A stretch of DNA of 42,711 nucleotides from Octopus bimaculoides. Its lineage: Eukaryota. The notes below the pieces were generated by a model. That model searched no databases. It saw only the letters and a program-made list of their open reading frames with translations, and was not told where the DNA came from. The DNA is taken from contig NC_068986.1 of the NCBI RefSeq assembly GCF_001194135.2, forward strand, positions 27,017,572 to 27,060,282. The letters run 5' to 3'. The position numbers and the translations under genes were made by a program. Below, piece by piece: positions 12,780 to 25,284 of this stretch (its first letter is position 1; each line of letters begins with the position of its first letter).

Positions 12780-13010
12780 GCAGGAAAGAATTGCAAGATA
12801 GATTCTTGAAGCCAAGCCATCCAGCAGGAGACTTGAATGAGATGGTTGAACATTATCCATAGCCTCAGTCGGCTCATTTGGGAATCTAGTCAGGTGTAAT
12901 GATGATTGCTTCTGATAGGGCCTTAAGGAAGAGGAGCTGCCTGAGGACTCGATCCCCATGCCCTTCCCAGAAATAGTGGGAGGAGAACATGAATGGATGG
13001 ATGGAAGGAA
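12780..13010 (+). mobile_element. Possible ancient LINE RT-upstream remnant
   Basis: GC-raised island. With stops and frameshifts the + frames give ALRKRSC/PEDSIPMPFPEIVGGEHEWM, resembling the LINE motif K(A/S)PGPDGIPAE..K.GG...WL. Match by eye only. Confidence 0.28.
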
Positions 13011-13164
13011 ATTTTAAAAATTACATTTACAGTGAAAAGTGCAATTATATTTGGCTGGTATTTATAAAGTATTGCTTCACTTTTTCCTCAAGTGAAACAC
13101 ATTTGAAAACGTATAGTTGCATCATTGCAACAAAGGGGAATATGCATGGTGCATAACATATGCA

Positions 13165-13531
13165 CAGATATGGCTGTTTAGTTAAGAAGCTCACTTTGCA
13201 ACTACATGGTTTCAAGTTCAGTCCCACTGTATGGCACCTTGGACAAGTATCTTCCACTATATCCCTGAGCCGACCAATGCCTTGTAAGGAAATTTGCTGG
13301 ACAGAAACTGTGTGGAAGACCATTGTTATGTGTGTGTGTGTGTGTACCACTGATTGACAACCAGTATTGGTTTGTTTATGTCCCTGTAATTTAGTGGTTC
13401 AGTAAAAAGACCAATAAAATAAGTATCAAAATTAAAAATAAGTACTAAGGTTCAGTTATTTGATTAAACCTTCCAAAGCAGTACCTTAGCATATCTGCAG
13501 TCCAATGACTGAGACAAGTAAAGATAAAAGA
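13165..13531 (+). mobile_element. SINE family B, near full length, CR1-type tail
   Basis: A box TGGCTGTTTAGTT, B box AGTTCAGTCCC, CORE-like GGCACCTTGGACAAGTATCTTCCACTAT, (TG)n, and 3' CAGTCCAATGACTGAGACAAGTAAAG. Confidence 0.85.
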
Positions 13532-13614
13532 CAACTATCATTGTCTGGTCTCACAGTATCCAAACTTCTCTTAAAAACCATCCATTAAGATAATCTTAAT
13601 ATGTACAGCACGTA

Positions 13615-13822
13615 GGGTGGTGAGCTGGCAGAATCATTAGCACGCAGGGCAAAATGCTTAGTGGCCTTTCATCTGTCTTAACGTTCTGAGTTCAAATTCT
13701 GTCAAGGTTGACTTTGCATTTCTTCCCTTTGGATTCAGTAAAATATGTACCAGTCAAGCACTGGGTTCAATGTAATTGACTTGCACCCACCTACGAACTT
13801 GCTGGCTAAAATTTGAAATCAA
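13615..13822 (+). mobile_element. SINE family A, full length
   Basis: GGTGGTGAGCTGGCAGAATCATTAGCACG ... GTTCTGAGTTCAAATTCTG ... AAATTTGAAATCAAT; colinear with 10617-10836. Confidence 0.88.
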
Positions 13823-14310
13823 TAAATACAACATGTGTATTAATAAAACAAGCTCTTGTTCTCACTAGCTAATTTCTTTGACTATGATGGGGCCATATTA
13901 TGTGACTAATTTCAGGTTAAGTTGATGAAGTAGGATCTTGTTTTTCTCTTGATTGCTTTTTCCTTACATTATTGTCTTGACATAAACTTTGAGACATTGT
14001 TTTGAAAAGACTTGCAATGTAGTAATTCTCCCCACCTGACTGTTTCAATATTGCTCAAACACATTTCTCCCCCCACCTCCCCGAACTTGTATGAATTTTT
14101 CTTGGATATTAATGGGTGTGTGTGTTTTGAAATTGCATGTTATACATCTGCTCCCAGGTCCCATCCTTTCTGTTATTTAATCACACTCCAAGCGAAAATG
14201 CCAAGGAAGTTATATTCTATTATACAATACATGTCGGAGTGTCCATATATGTTTACTTTATCAGCTTAACAGTTAAAAGGTTTTCCTATTAAGATCAATT
14301 TCCCAGTACA

Positions 14311-14320
14311 GCTGCTGCTG

Positions 14321-14355
<35 letters not shown>

Positions 14356-14387
14356 GCTGCTGCTGCTACTACTGCCTCTCCTCCTCT

Positions 14388-14433
<46 letters not shown>
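14311..14433. repeat. (GCT)n/(ACT)n compound trinucleotide repeat
   Basis: Directly visible. Confidence 0.95.
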
Positions 14434-14434
<1 letters not shown>

Positions 14435-14961
14435 TCTTGGATCAAATTTTATTTCTATTGTCACTTATCTTTACAACTGTACTTTACCTTGTTATAGTTG
14501 CTTGTTGACACTGATTTTCTACTACCACTCTTTAAATGGATGGAAGCGAGAGGTGTGGTGGTGGTGGTGATGGTGCAGGGGTGGGGGTGGGGGGAAAGCC
14601 CTTTGTTTTGACATGACTCCTTCAGATTTCTGCCATAGGATAGCTTTTATGCTAGTGAAAAGGTCATCACACTTGTTCACTGATATAATTATACTTGAAT
14701 AATCTGCTTTGATTGGAAGCCTCTCTACACATATTGTGCCCGATTGGTGTCAATTTGATTACAATCAGCTACAAGAAATTCCTAACAAACAAGCAGTAAA
14801 AATCTCCACCTGTTAAGTGTTTCAAAGAGTCACTAATATCTGCAATAAGTAAACCTCTTCTAATGAGACCTCCTTGGTTGGTTGGACTTCACAATTGTTG
14901 GCATTGTTTACTGTTGGTACTTATCTCTAGCTGCATGTCCTTACCTTCTCCCTATCTTCAG

Positions 14962-15004
14962 ATAACGATACACTTTCTTGTACTTCAAATGCTGACCTTC
15001 CAAG
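14962..15004 (+). other. Candidate 43-nt internal exon (unverified)
   Basis: Pyrimidine tract CCTTACCTTCTCCCTATCTTCAG| and donor CAAG|GTATTT; open as (D)NDTLSCTSNADLP. Supported by splice signals only, no homology. Confidence 0.22.
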
Positions 15005-15835
15005 GTATTTAATGGTCACTCATTCAAATACTACTTATCTAACTGTACTGAGATAATTTTAGCTGCTACTGTTATTGTCATTGTTGTTTTTGTTGAATAC
15101 ATGGAAACAATGTTTGATAGTGGGGTGGGGTTTGGCGTTAGTTTTGTTGGTAGGCATGTTAGTGAGAGTGGTGGAGATGGGGCTGGCTGGTGATGGTGGT
15201 GGTGGGTTGCTGGCAATTGGTGCTTTTCTCTGCATTTCTATCTTTAGCTGTTAGGTTAGTTGGTTGACTAATAAAAAAAAAAAAAAAAAAAAAAAAAAAA
15301 GAAACAAATTCTCGTCCTCCTCCCCAATGAAAAAAAAAAAAAAAAATGTATATTTGCTCTGATAGGTTTGATATATTCTTATTTCAAATCTGAAATTATC
15401 CTAGCTACCTGTTTTGTAATTTACTGTGTGAGTTTGCTTATGTGTATATATACATGTACGTACGTATACATGTATGTATGTATGTATACACATTTGTATA
15501 CAGACACAGAAACAAATATATACATACATATATACACATGTATGTATGTGTATACACATACATAAAAACCTGCACACTCGCCTACCTACAAGACAAGGCA
15601 AAGAGGTGGTGTGTACAGACGATGCACATTTTTTGTGTATTTCTTTTAATAATTCCTGCATTCTCACTTTGCTTTGGTTCTATTGATCTCATTATCTATT
15701 TTCCTTGACTTCCTTATATTTCATATCTCTCACTCTCACCCTCTCTCAATCATTTTTAGCTGTTCTTTTTTTATACAATTCTCAGGTATTGTTTGCTACC
15801 TACCTTACAAATAGCAGCTGATTCAATTCAAGAAA

Positions 15836-15926
<91 letters not shown>
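15836..15926. repeat. (CT)n microsatellite
   Basis: Directly visible. Confidence 0.95.
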
Positions 15927-15930
<4 letters not shown>

Positions 15931-16149
15931 AGAATGAGGCTGATGGGAGTTATACTATATCTATCCATGAATGATTCAACCCCATCACACATGCACGTAC
16001 ATACATCTCCCAGTTTATGATATGTAATGTCCTACATAAGTTATTGATTCTTTTCCCCCACCCGCCTACCCAATGGTCTTACAGACAAAACATCTGTAAC
16101 TTTGCTGACAGCAAATATAGACTGCAATATTTCTTTAAATAATAATAAC

Positions 16150-16185
<36 letters not shown>

Positions 16186-16829
16186 TTAAAATATAGAAAT
16201 AAAATGAGAGAAGGAACATGGATGGAAGGGAAGGAAGAATTTTTCTATTCTCATATGGGTATGCATAGGTGGTACTTTGATTGATGTTACAGAATATGAT
16301 TCAACTCTTCTGCAAAGGTTGATTCTTGTATTACTTATATGGATTTAGAGATAAACAAAATTTCTACTGTATGTTAGTTAATGTGCTGGGTATCTTCGTA
16401 CTGATGCAGTACAAATCACTTTGCTCACCGCCTCCCATGCAAATGAAACACCTACCCCTTCTTTGGAATTTTCCCTTTAACCGACTCTAATTTACATCCA
16501 ACTGTTAAACCCACAAGAATTTGAAAGTGACCCTAACTCAATCTGTTAATTCTTACTTCATTAGCATTGCTTTTATTTTACTTCCTTAGTTTGTGTTACC
16601 TGTAAGGGTTAAATCTCAACTGCAGGAAAGTTCTGTCAAGCTAAGATACTGCTTTACCAGTGATAGTAACTTTTCCAACAGAAATGGAAAATGATGCTGT
16701 GTGGAATGAAACCTTTTATTCCAATAAGCAATGAAACACCTACAGTGGATGTGAAATGCTACTCTATGGCTTTGCAGTCTAATATCTTATTCCTTGTGCA
16801 ATTCTTTTCATCTACAGTATCAACTACCA

Positions 16830-16960
16830 ATGGTGCATGGCCTAATAGTTAGGGCATTGGATTCATGACCATAAAGCCTTGGATTGGGTGATGGATTCTG
16901 TCCTTGAGCAAGGCATTCTATTTTATGTTACTCTAGTTTTCTCAACTGAGATGAACACCA
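16830..16960 (+). mobile_element. SINE family C, degraded
   Basis: GGTGCATGGCCTAATAGTTAGGGCATT ... TGTCCTTGAGCAAGGCA ... CTCAACTG matches the reverse complement of 23793-24103. Confidence 0.6.
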
Positions 16961-17317
16961 GCTGAGTGCTAGCACATTCCTCTCACTCTCCACCCGTCAC
17001 ATCTTAGGTATTCCGCTAAGTCAAGGGTGGAAGGGCTGAGAAGATATATGTCTGCTTGTCTCTTCATAAGTATCTGATATTTCTGTTATTAACGGAACAA
17101 TGGTACATGCTACCAATTTATACTTGTTTGACAGCTGTAGTTTTACCAACCACTAATACTTGATACAAAATCAATGGAAGAGTCACTACCCACTTCAAGA
17201 TTTGGGGAGACTCTGCCTGAATTCAAAGTTAAGATCACCTACCGGTAAAATCTCTAAAAATCTGTGTGGGAAAAAAGCAAAAAAAAAAACAAAACATTTA
17301 ATGTTCATAGTGCTCCA

Positions 17318-17508
17318 GTGTCTGTTTTGGCATGGTTTTTGAAGCTGGATGCCATTCCTATTGCCAACCACTTTACAGCATGCTTTTTTCATGCTACCAG
17401 CCTTAGTGAGGTCGCCATGCAGTTAGAAAGACTACAAACTTCAAGGTGGAAGCTTCATGCTTGGAGATGATAGGTAGGAGCAGAACAAGTTTCTTGCTGT
17501 AGAGGAGT
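17318..17508 (-). mobile_element. RTE-tail family element, older subfamily
   Basis: GCTGGATGCCATTCCTATTGCCAACCAC core. Upstream part (rc ACTCCTCTACAGCAAGAAAC) is shared with 22640-22665. Confidence 0.65.
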
Positions 17509-18161
17509 GATCAGATGGAAACCAGTAAATGTAGTAATGAGGTAAAAAACAAAACAAAACAAAAACAAAACAAATAAAAACTCAAAGAAAACTGGATTAA
17601 GCCTTAAAACTGAAACAGTAAGTTAATATAAAACTTGTTATTTTTCTCAATGCAGATGTGCCCTTACAAGTTAGGCACTTATAATTTGTTAAAAAATTCT
17701 AAGGTTTAAGGATGCCCGCTTGCGCACCTAATGCTAGGGTTAAATTGAATAGTGCCATCTTTGATGTAAAAAAGATGGTTTCTGTTGAACTCTCTTTAAT
17801 TGTACATTTACTCAATCACCAGGGCTGGTCTGCATGGAGTTAAATCAACCAGAACTACTGGCAACAATTGGTTTGGATGCTTGCTGTCTCAAGCTCACAG
17901 CACCTTCTTTGTATATTCATTATGGGGCTGTATTTTCTTCCCCTCCTTCCCTTCTAACAAAGCCTAGCTACATCTACAGGAAGTCTCTGAGAAAATTAGC
18001 AAACATTATTGCTAGGAATGTAAAACATAAAGGAATCTAAAGACCCATTCTTTGATGATATGACAGTGTGTAAATTGTCTTTAATAGAAATGTCTGTGGT
18101 TATTGGTTTCTGTTACTCCTCCCCCTCCGACCAGTTTTTGTTTCAGTTTCTTTTTACTTCC

Positions 18162-18192
<31 letters not shown>

Positions 18193-18636
18193 TTCTAATA
18201 TGTTTGCAAAATAATTAATAGCTGTAATTTTGCATCAGTGATAATAATTTCTGTATCTATTATTGATATAGAAATGATTATCATAGATGAAAAATTAAAG
18301 CTATTAATTGCTTTTCAAAAAGGAAAAAAAAACAAAAAAAAAAAATCAAAAGAAAAATGTGAAAAAAAAAAAAAAAATTAAAAAGCAAATGAACAAAAAC
18401 AAAGAAGGAAAGTAAATGAGAGAAGACAAAGAATAACAATTGACATTATTTATTTTCCAATCTTTTGCCATTTGAAAGGAAAAACTAGTTAAAGCTGTTT
18501 GTAGACATTTTAGAGAACAGAGTTAACAACTTGCAATTTTTGTTGTCTTAACCAAACTTAGATATTGACACATTAAAATTAGATTAAAGAAAAATGTCAA
18601 TAATAAAAGCAAAAGATAGCCACACACACACAAACA

Positions 18637-18687
<51 letters not shown>

Positions 18688-19223
18688 ACGTATGTATACT
18701 GTCTCAGATGATGCATATACATTATTATATATATACACAAGTTATCACACATTGATGTATATATTTCACATACACCTGTGCAGACACTTATGTGCATAGA
18801 CAGAAATATCTGGATGTGTGTGTCTGTATATGTGTGTGTATTAGAGAGAGAGAGAGAGAAATAGAGAGTGTGTGTGTGTGGGGGGGGGTGTTTCAGCGAG
18901 GAAGTGAGAGTGTGTGTGTGTTTCGATTGATTAGTAAGTGAAAGTATATAGCATTGTTAATGAACATTGATTACAATGTCTTCCATGTTTGCTCCAAGTA
19001 GTTCCAAAATAACATACTAAAACGGTCAGTGAACTCCCTTTCTCCCCCACCACGCACACATGTACACATGCACACATACACACTGACATGCACACACATC
19101 TTGTTTTATACTATTTCAATATTGTAAATAGTCTTTGTTTGCTGTATCAATTACACTTCGCAGTAAAGATTATGCCATCAACAAAGCTGTTGTTAGAGTT
19201 TGTGTCCAGCTGATACATATATA

Positions 19224-19373
19224 TCATCATCATCATCGTCATCATTTAATGTCCGTTTTCCATGCTGGCATGGGTTGGTTGGTTTGACTGGGGACTGGCA
19301 AGCCAGTAGGCTGTGCCACACTCCAATCTGATCTGGCAAGGTTTCTACAGTTGGATATCCTTCCTAACACCAA
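19224..19373 (-). mobile_element. 5'-truncated RTE-tail element directly downstream of another copy's tail
   Basis: (CAT)n-TTTAATGTCCGTTTTCCATGCTGGCATGGGTTGG ... CCTTCCTAACACCAA; ATATATATCATCATCATCAT occurs at both ends. Confidence 0.85.
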
Positions 19374-19379
19374 ATATAT

Positions 19380-19866
19380 ATCATCATCATCATTTAACGT
19401 ACGTTGTCCATGCTGGCATGGGTTGGACAGTTTGACTGGGCTGGCACACTGGAAGGCTGCACCAAAATCCAGTCTGATTTGGCATGGCTGGATGCCCTTC
19501 CTAACGCCAACCACTCTGAGATTCTAATGGGTGCTTTTATGTGCCACCGGCACGACACCAAAGTGTGTTTGTGTGCCACTGGCACAGATGCCAGTTTGCG
19601 TGACACTGGTATCTGCTACAACTGCAATTTTACTTGACTTGATGGGACTTCATCTCAAGCATGACATAATGCCAAAGGTCTGCGAGGCCCAATACTCAAA
19701 AGAAACTCAGCCACTTTGCCTCCGTGAGGCCCAACACTTGAAAGGAACTCAGCCATTTTGCTTCTATGAGGACCAATGTGCAAAAGGAACTCAGCCACTT
19801 TGCTTCTATGAGGCCCAACACTCGAAAGGTGTTCTTTACATACCACCAACATGGGTGCACTTGGCT
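19380..19866 (-). mobile_element. Long RTE-tail element with hairpin modules and an internal 42-bp array (5' end lost in gap)
   Basis: Tail 19380-19520; modules at about 19529-19555, 19566-19588 and 19828-19860; 42-bp repeats in between. Confidence 0.8.
19684..19829. repeat. 42-bp minisatellite, about 3.5 units
   Basis: Units start at 19684, 19726, 19768 and 19810; consensus approximately GAGGCCCAACACTCGAAAGGAACTCAGCCACTTTGCTTCTAT. Confidence 0.92.
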
Positions 19867-20640
19867 NNNNNNNNNNNNNNNNNNNNNNNNNNNNNNNNNN
19901 NNNNNNNNNNNNNNNNNNNNNNNNNNNNNNNNNNNNNNNNNNNNNNNNNNNNNNNNNNNNNNNNNNNNNNNNNNNNNNNNNNNNNNNNNNNNNNNNNNNN
20001 NNNNNNNNNNNNNNNNNNNNNNNNNNNNNNNNNNNNNNNNNNNNNNNNNNNNNNNNNNNNNNNNNNNNNNNNNNNNNNNNNNNNNNNNNNNNNNNNNNNN
20101 NNNNNNNNNNNNNNNNNNNNNNNNNNNNNNNNNNNNNNNNNNNNNNNNNNNNNNNNNNNNNNNNNNNNNNNNNNNNNNNNNNNNNNNNNNNNNNNNNNNN
20201 NNNNNNNNNNNNNNNNNNNNNNNNNNNNNNNNNNNNNNNNNNNNNNNNNNNNNNNNNNNNNNNNNNNNNNNNNNNNNNNNNNNNNNNNNNNNNNNNNNNN
20301 NNNNNNNNNNNNNNNNNNNNNNNNNNNNNNNNNNNNNNNNNNNNNNNNNNNNNNNNNNNNNNNNNNNNNNNNNNNNNNNNNNNNNNNNNNNNNNNNNNNN
20401 NNNNNNNNNNNNNNNNNNNNNNNNNNNNNNNNNNNNNNNNNNNNNNNNNNNNNNNNNNNNNNNNNNNNNNNNNNNNNNNNNNNNNNNNNNNNNNNNNNNN
20501 NNNNNNNNNNNNNNNNNNNNNNNNNNNNNNNNNNNNNNNNNNNNNNNNNNNNNNNNNNNNNNNNNNNNNNNNNNNNNNNNNNNNNNNNNNNNNNNNNNNN
20601 NNNNNNNNNNNNNNNNNNNNNNNNNNNNNNNNNNNNNNNN

Positions 20641-20683
<43 letters not shown>

Positions 20684-22240
20684 GCAAATAATTCAGAAGA
20701 AAATATTTGCTAAGATATCAGTCCAATCACTGAGACAAGTAAAATATAAATGATTATGTAATTCATCTATAATGACGAAACATTGGATGGCCATAACTGG
20801 AATGCCTTTGATCATAGGTCTACTTTGTCAGGGTTAACCTAGGGTAAACAACAACTACAACAACAACAACAGTATCAAAGATTGAAATGTAAAACAGAGG
20901 AGTATATCTACTTATTTATATTTTATTTTACTGCTTTCCATTGTCTGAGTTTATACTGAATGTATAATTATTTATAGACCTAAACTTTGAGATCATTTAA
21001 ATGGTGCATTCTCTTGGGAACAATGCTGCCTTTGCAGCAAGGCTCTGTGGGTGGCCGGCAGGCAAGCTGGCTGGTTAGCTGGTACAAGTTTTGAAATCTG
21101 AGTACAATGAAAGTGCTATCTAGAAAGTGATATATCTATATCCTCAATTTTATATAATTCAGATATTGTTTAAAACATTTCTCAATGCTTCATTACACCG
21201 TTGTTTGTATTGGCGGAAGCAGCTTTAATAAGATTCTGATAGGAATGTCTCTTTGCAATTCGAGATATTGACTTGCTGCTAATTGTATTAGCTTCATCTT
21301 TATTTTAATAGGCTACTATTACCATATTTAAATCCATGTAGACCAGAGTAAAATTTATTTTGTCTTATCTGTTATGAGGATAAATGCGGACAGTGGCACA
21401 AAAGGATGTGGAATTATGCTAAATCTCTGTAAATTGATTTGCAATAATATCTTAATGATTTTGTATTGGAGAGAGAGAAAGAGAGGGGAGTGTGTGTGTG
21501 TTTTAGAGTGAGGTGGGTGCAGATAGTGGTAGTAGTGGTGGGTATAAAGGATTCACAGCCATTTTATTTATCAGACTCAATTGAGATAATTATAATGTGA
21601 AAGAAGATAAAGAGGTAGCAATGAAAAACAATTTTTGTAAATGATTGCTTTGGCTTTATGTTTTATTATGACAGCTTCAACCAAAGAACTTTTACAAGAG
21701 TTAAGGGGAGGAAAATAAAAATGATAAAAATTAGCAATTTATTTTCAAACCTTTACTTGAATGAAAGAGTTTATCTTCAGTAAACAAACAGCTTCCTGAA
21801 GCCATGCAGTACTGTATGAACTTATTTACTTGTTCTATTGTGGTTCTGGTTATATATTTTCTCTATTTAAACATGTTAAAAGAAGATAGCATTTTTATCA
21901 TTGGAACTCATATCCAGGTTTCAGGTATCTCCCTCTATTTTCCAAACAAATATTGCCAGTACAAATATACAAATATTACACGTGTTTTAGTGGGTATTTT
22001 GTGACCATGCTGGGGCACCCACTTCATGGATTTTTAGCTGTTTATTCTGAATCTAGTACTTTGGCTGGTGTGTAAAAAAAGATGTAACTGGATATTAAAG
22101 TAGACCTGAGGATAACAATAACAATATAAGTGTCTGTGGAATATTCAGCCACTTACACTATTATTTGATAGGTAGGCAATTCAGCTGGTCAAACAACTGG
22201 AATACTCATTGATAAATAAGTAGGGATCCACTCAATATTC

Positions 22241-22271
<31 letters not shown>

Positions 22272-22337
22272 CCTGCCTGCCTGTGTGCATGCATGCGTGC
22301 ACGTTCAACCACATGAATGGTCTAAATTCCTCTTCTG

Positions 22338-22374
<37 letters not shown>

Positions 22375-22637
22375 TTCATGTACTTTTAGTTTCTCCATGT
22401 ATATGTATTAAGATATATTTACACATACAAACAAAAGAACATATTTCTACATGTACACACGAGATGTTTANNNNNNNNNNNNNNNNNNNNNNNNNNNNNN
22501 NNNNNNNNNNNNNNNNNNNNNNNNNNNNNNNNNNNNNNNNNNNNNNNNNNNNNNNNNNNNNNNNNNNNNNNNNNNNNNNTATATATATATATATGTATGT
22601 ATGTATGTATGTATATATATGTGTATATATATATATC

Positions 22638-22935
22638 ATGGACCTCCTCTACAGCAAGACATCTGTTTCTGCCTCTCTGTCAGACTCTAATCTTTCATTA
22701 TCTGACACAAGATCACCTCCCTCAATGCCCCCTTCTCTCTCAAAGACTCTTTGTCTTGGCAAGTCACTTGGTAACCCTGCCAGTGCAGGTGCCACTTAAA
22801 AAGCACCCAGTCTACACTGTAAAATGGTTGGCATTTGGAAGGGCATCCAGCTGTAAAAACCATTGTGCAGGTTCCCACCTGGCGAGCTCCTGTCAAACCA
22901 TCCAGCATGGAAGGAGGATGTTAAACAATGATGAT
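22638..22935 (+). mobile_element. RTE-tail family element, older subfamily, single module
   Basis: CTCTACAGCAAGAC ... GGTGCCACTTAAAAAGCACCC ... TGGTTGGCATTTGGAAGGGCATCCAGCTGTAAAAAC ... GTTAAACAATGATGAT. Confidence 0.75.
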
Positions 22936-23628
22936 ATTTCTATATACAGGGAAAGAGAAGTAGGCATGGGAGAGGCCTCATGTTTTAAAAATTGTTTACT
23001 TCAATAATATTGTGTGCTTGTGTATATACATGTATACACACATCTATCTATATAAATCAATGGCTGACTCAACCTTTTTAATTTCCTTCATATTTCACTG
23101 TTAAATATATTATTTGTCAAAGATTTGACTGCTGCATGTATGTATGCATGGATAGTTTTCAATATTATATCTTAGAATATGAATTGAAATTGATTTTACC
23201 ATATCAAAAACCAGACTCAAAGAATTATTAAATAGGACTACACTGTATACAATGGAATAATGATAAACAGTAAAATGAAGACAAATAAATACCATGTTTA
23301 ATGAATTGAATTATTTAGAATTAAAAAAATTAATTAAAATGGACTTGTTAAACATGAATTATTATTTGATTTATTGGGTTAAAAAATTTAAGTGGATATA
23401 TTTTACCAAAAACTCTCTCTCACAGTTTGTAATTTTACTATATCTCTCTATTTGTTGCTCTCTCTTTCTCTATATCTCTCTGTTTCTCTCTCCTCTTTCA
23501 TATGCATGTGTTTGCATGCATATTTATTATACATGTATGTTTGAGTCTGTTATATTTCTATGTATTTTTTTGTTTTGTTTATGTTGCCTGTGTGTATATG
23601 TGTATGTATTTGTGTGTGTGTGTGTCCT

Positions 23629-24215
23629 GTATCAACCAGGCTATCAGATGTTGCATTTCTGTAGCTTTTGAATGATGCTACCCCAGTGGCTAGGCAGGCA
23701 TGTAGACAGGCTGATATCCCCCTGAACGGAACAACATACTGTTACAGGGATATTCATTTACAGTTGAGTGAACTGGAACAATGTGAAATGAAACTGGTAC
23801 TCTGTTGGTTACAACAGTGAGGGTTCCAGTTCATCGGATCAATGGAAGGACCTGCTTATGAAATTAGCATGCAAGTGACTGAGGAGAACTCCACCCTTAA
23901 TGTACTTCCCAGGGTGATCTACTGTGACACAAAATGTGACAAGGCTGGCTTACATGTACAACTCACTTTTGTCAGCTGAGTGGATTGGAGCAACATGAAG
24001 TAAAGCATCTTGCTCAAGGACACAGCATGTTGCTAGGCATCGAACTTGTGACCTTACAATTGCGAGCTGAATGCCCTAGCTACTTGGTCATGCACCTTCT
24101 CTCTGTGAAATGAAGTGTTTTGCTCAAGTAACATAATGCAGCGCTGGAATGGGAATTGAAATCATGATCTTGTGACTATGAGTGTAACACCTTAACCACT
24201 AAGCCATGCACCTTC
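23629..24215 (-). mobile_element. SINE family C host copy (23629-23792 + 24104-24215) split by a nested insertion
   Basis: rc head GAAGGTGCATGGCTTAGTGGTTAAGG ... GATTTCAATTCCC; the body continues across the insert (ACTTCATTTCACA | TTGTTCCAGTTCACTCAACTGTAAATG). Confidence 0.75.
23793..24103 (-). mobile_element. SINE family C copy nested in another family C copy, 11-bp TSD
   Basis: rc head GAAGGTGCATGACC ... AGTTCGATGCC, CORE-like GTGTCCTTGAGCAAGATGC; TSD TGTGAAATGAA at 23782-23792 and 24104-24114. Confidence 0.8.
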
Positions 24216-24581
24216 ACACACACACACACACACACACACTCTCTCTCATTGTTGTGTTGTATGTAATATTTGTAGATATGTACACATTATTTAGTTATTG
24301 ACAATCTATTTATAACAGGTGTTGGAAGATGATGTAGATCCAACATTAACAGTGAATAAATGCAACTACAATAGGATTGTATAACTTAACAACATTTCTC
24401 ACCTTCTTTTCTTTTCTTCTCTTCTGCTTTGAGAAGAAATATATTGGCTGCAAACTGTTTACGATACTGAATGTGATAAACAGAAAGTTTATAAAATGAT
24501 CAGTGAACTAAACTGCTATTGAGTTTTCTCTCTCCAGAGTGAAATATTTATTTCTTGTATTTATGATAGTCAACTAACTGG

Positions 24582-24621
<40 letters not shown>

Positions 24622-24796
24622 TTGTGTAGACATTCTTCAGTTTCAACCTTTTGTACATTTTCTAAATAGATTTTTAGTGAGATTTGTGCTTTAAAATATT
24701 TTTTGAGAGACCTTTATCTCCTTATATTCATGCATCTTTATTGGTATCCATTTTTGTTTTTAGTCATTTTAGTTTCATTCTAACACTTTCGTGTCC

Positions 24797-24845
<49 letters not shown>

Positions 24846-24992
24846 CATGTGTGTGTGTGCATTTGTCTACATGTGTTTAGTTTATGATGCAGATTCCTTT
24901 CTTAGTTTTGTATGTATTCCTGGTATACTTAATTTCTTTGTGTATATGTATTGAGATATACTTACATAGACATATATAAATATATATATATA

Positions 24993-25284
24993 GAGGTAGG
25001 GGTCCACCAAGGTTCCGTCCTCAGCCCCCTATTATTTACCATAGTCCTCCAGGCAATCACAGAGGAGTTCAAGACAGGTTGCCCCTGGGAGCTCCTCTAT
25101 GCTGATGACCTTGCCCTAATTGCGGAGTCACTATCAGAACTAGAGGAGAAGTTTCAGGTGTGGAAGCAAGGTCTAGAATTGAAGGGCCTTAGAGTCAACC
25201 TAGCTAAAACCAAAATCCTAATAAGTAGGAAGGTAGATAAAACACAAACCCCTTCAGGTAGATGGCCCTGCTCAGTATGTAGAA
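24993..25284 (+). pseudogene. Reverse transcriptase fragment of an RTE-group non-LTR retrotransposon (5'-truncated, frame intact for 97 codons)
   Basis: EVGVHQGSVLSPLLF ... WELLYADDLALIAES ... GLRVNLAKTK ... WPCSVCR contains the RT motifs GxxQGSVLSP and YADD. It begins abruptly after an (AT)n run and ends at an N-gap. Confidence 0.93.

Noticed and set aside
14945-15020. Minus-strand IKYLG motif suggesting a LINE RT remnant
   Set aside because: A single five-residue motif with no flanking RT similarity.
16442-16743. 14-bp direct repeat AATGAAACACCTAC and a nearby ATGCAAAT octamer
   Set aside because: Within chance expectation for AT-rich DNA; no further similarity around the copies.
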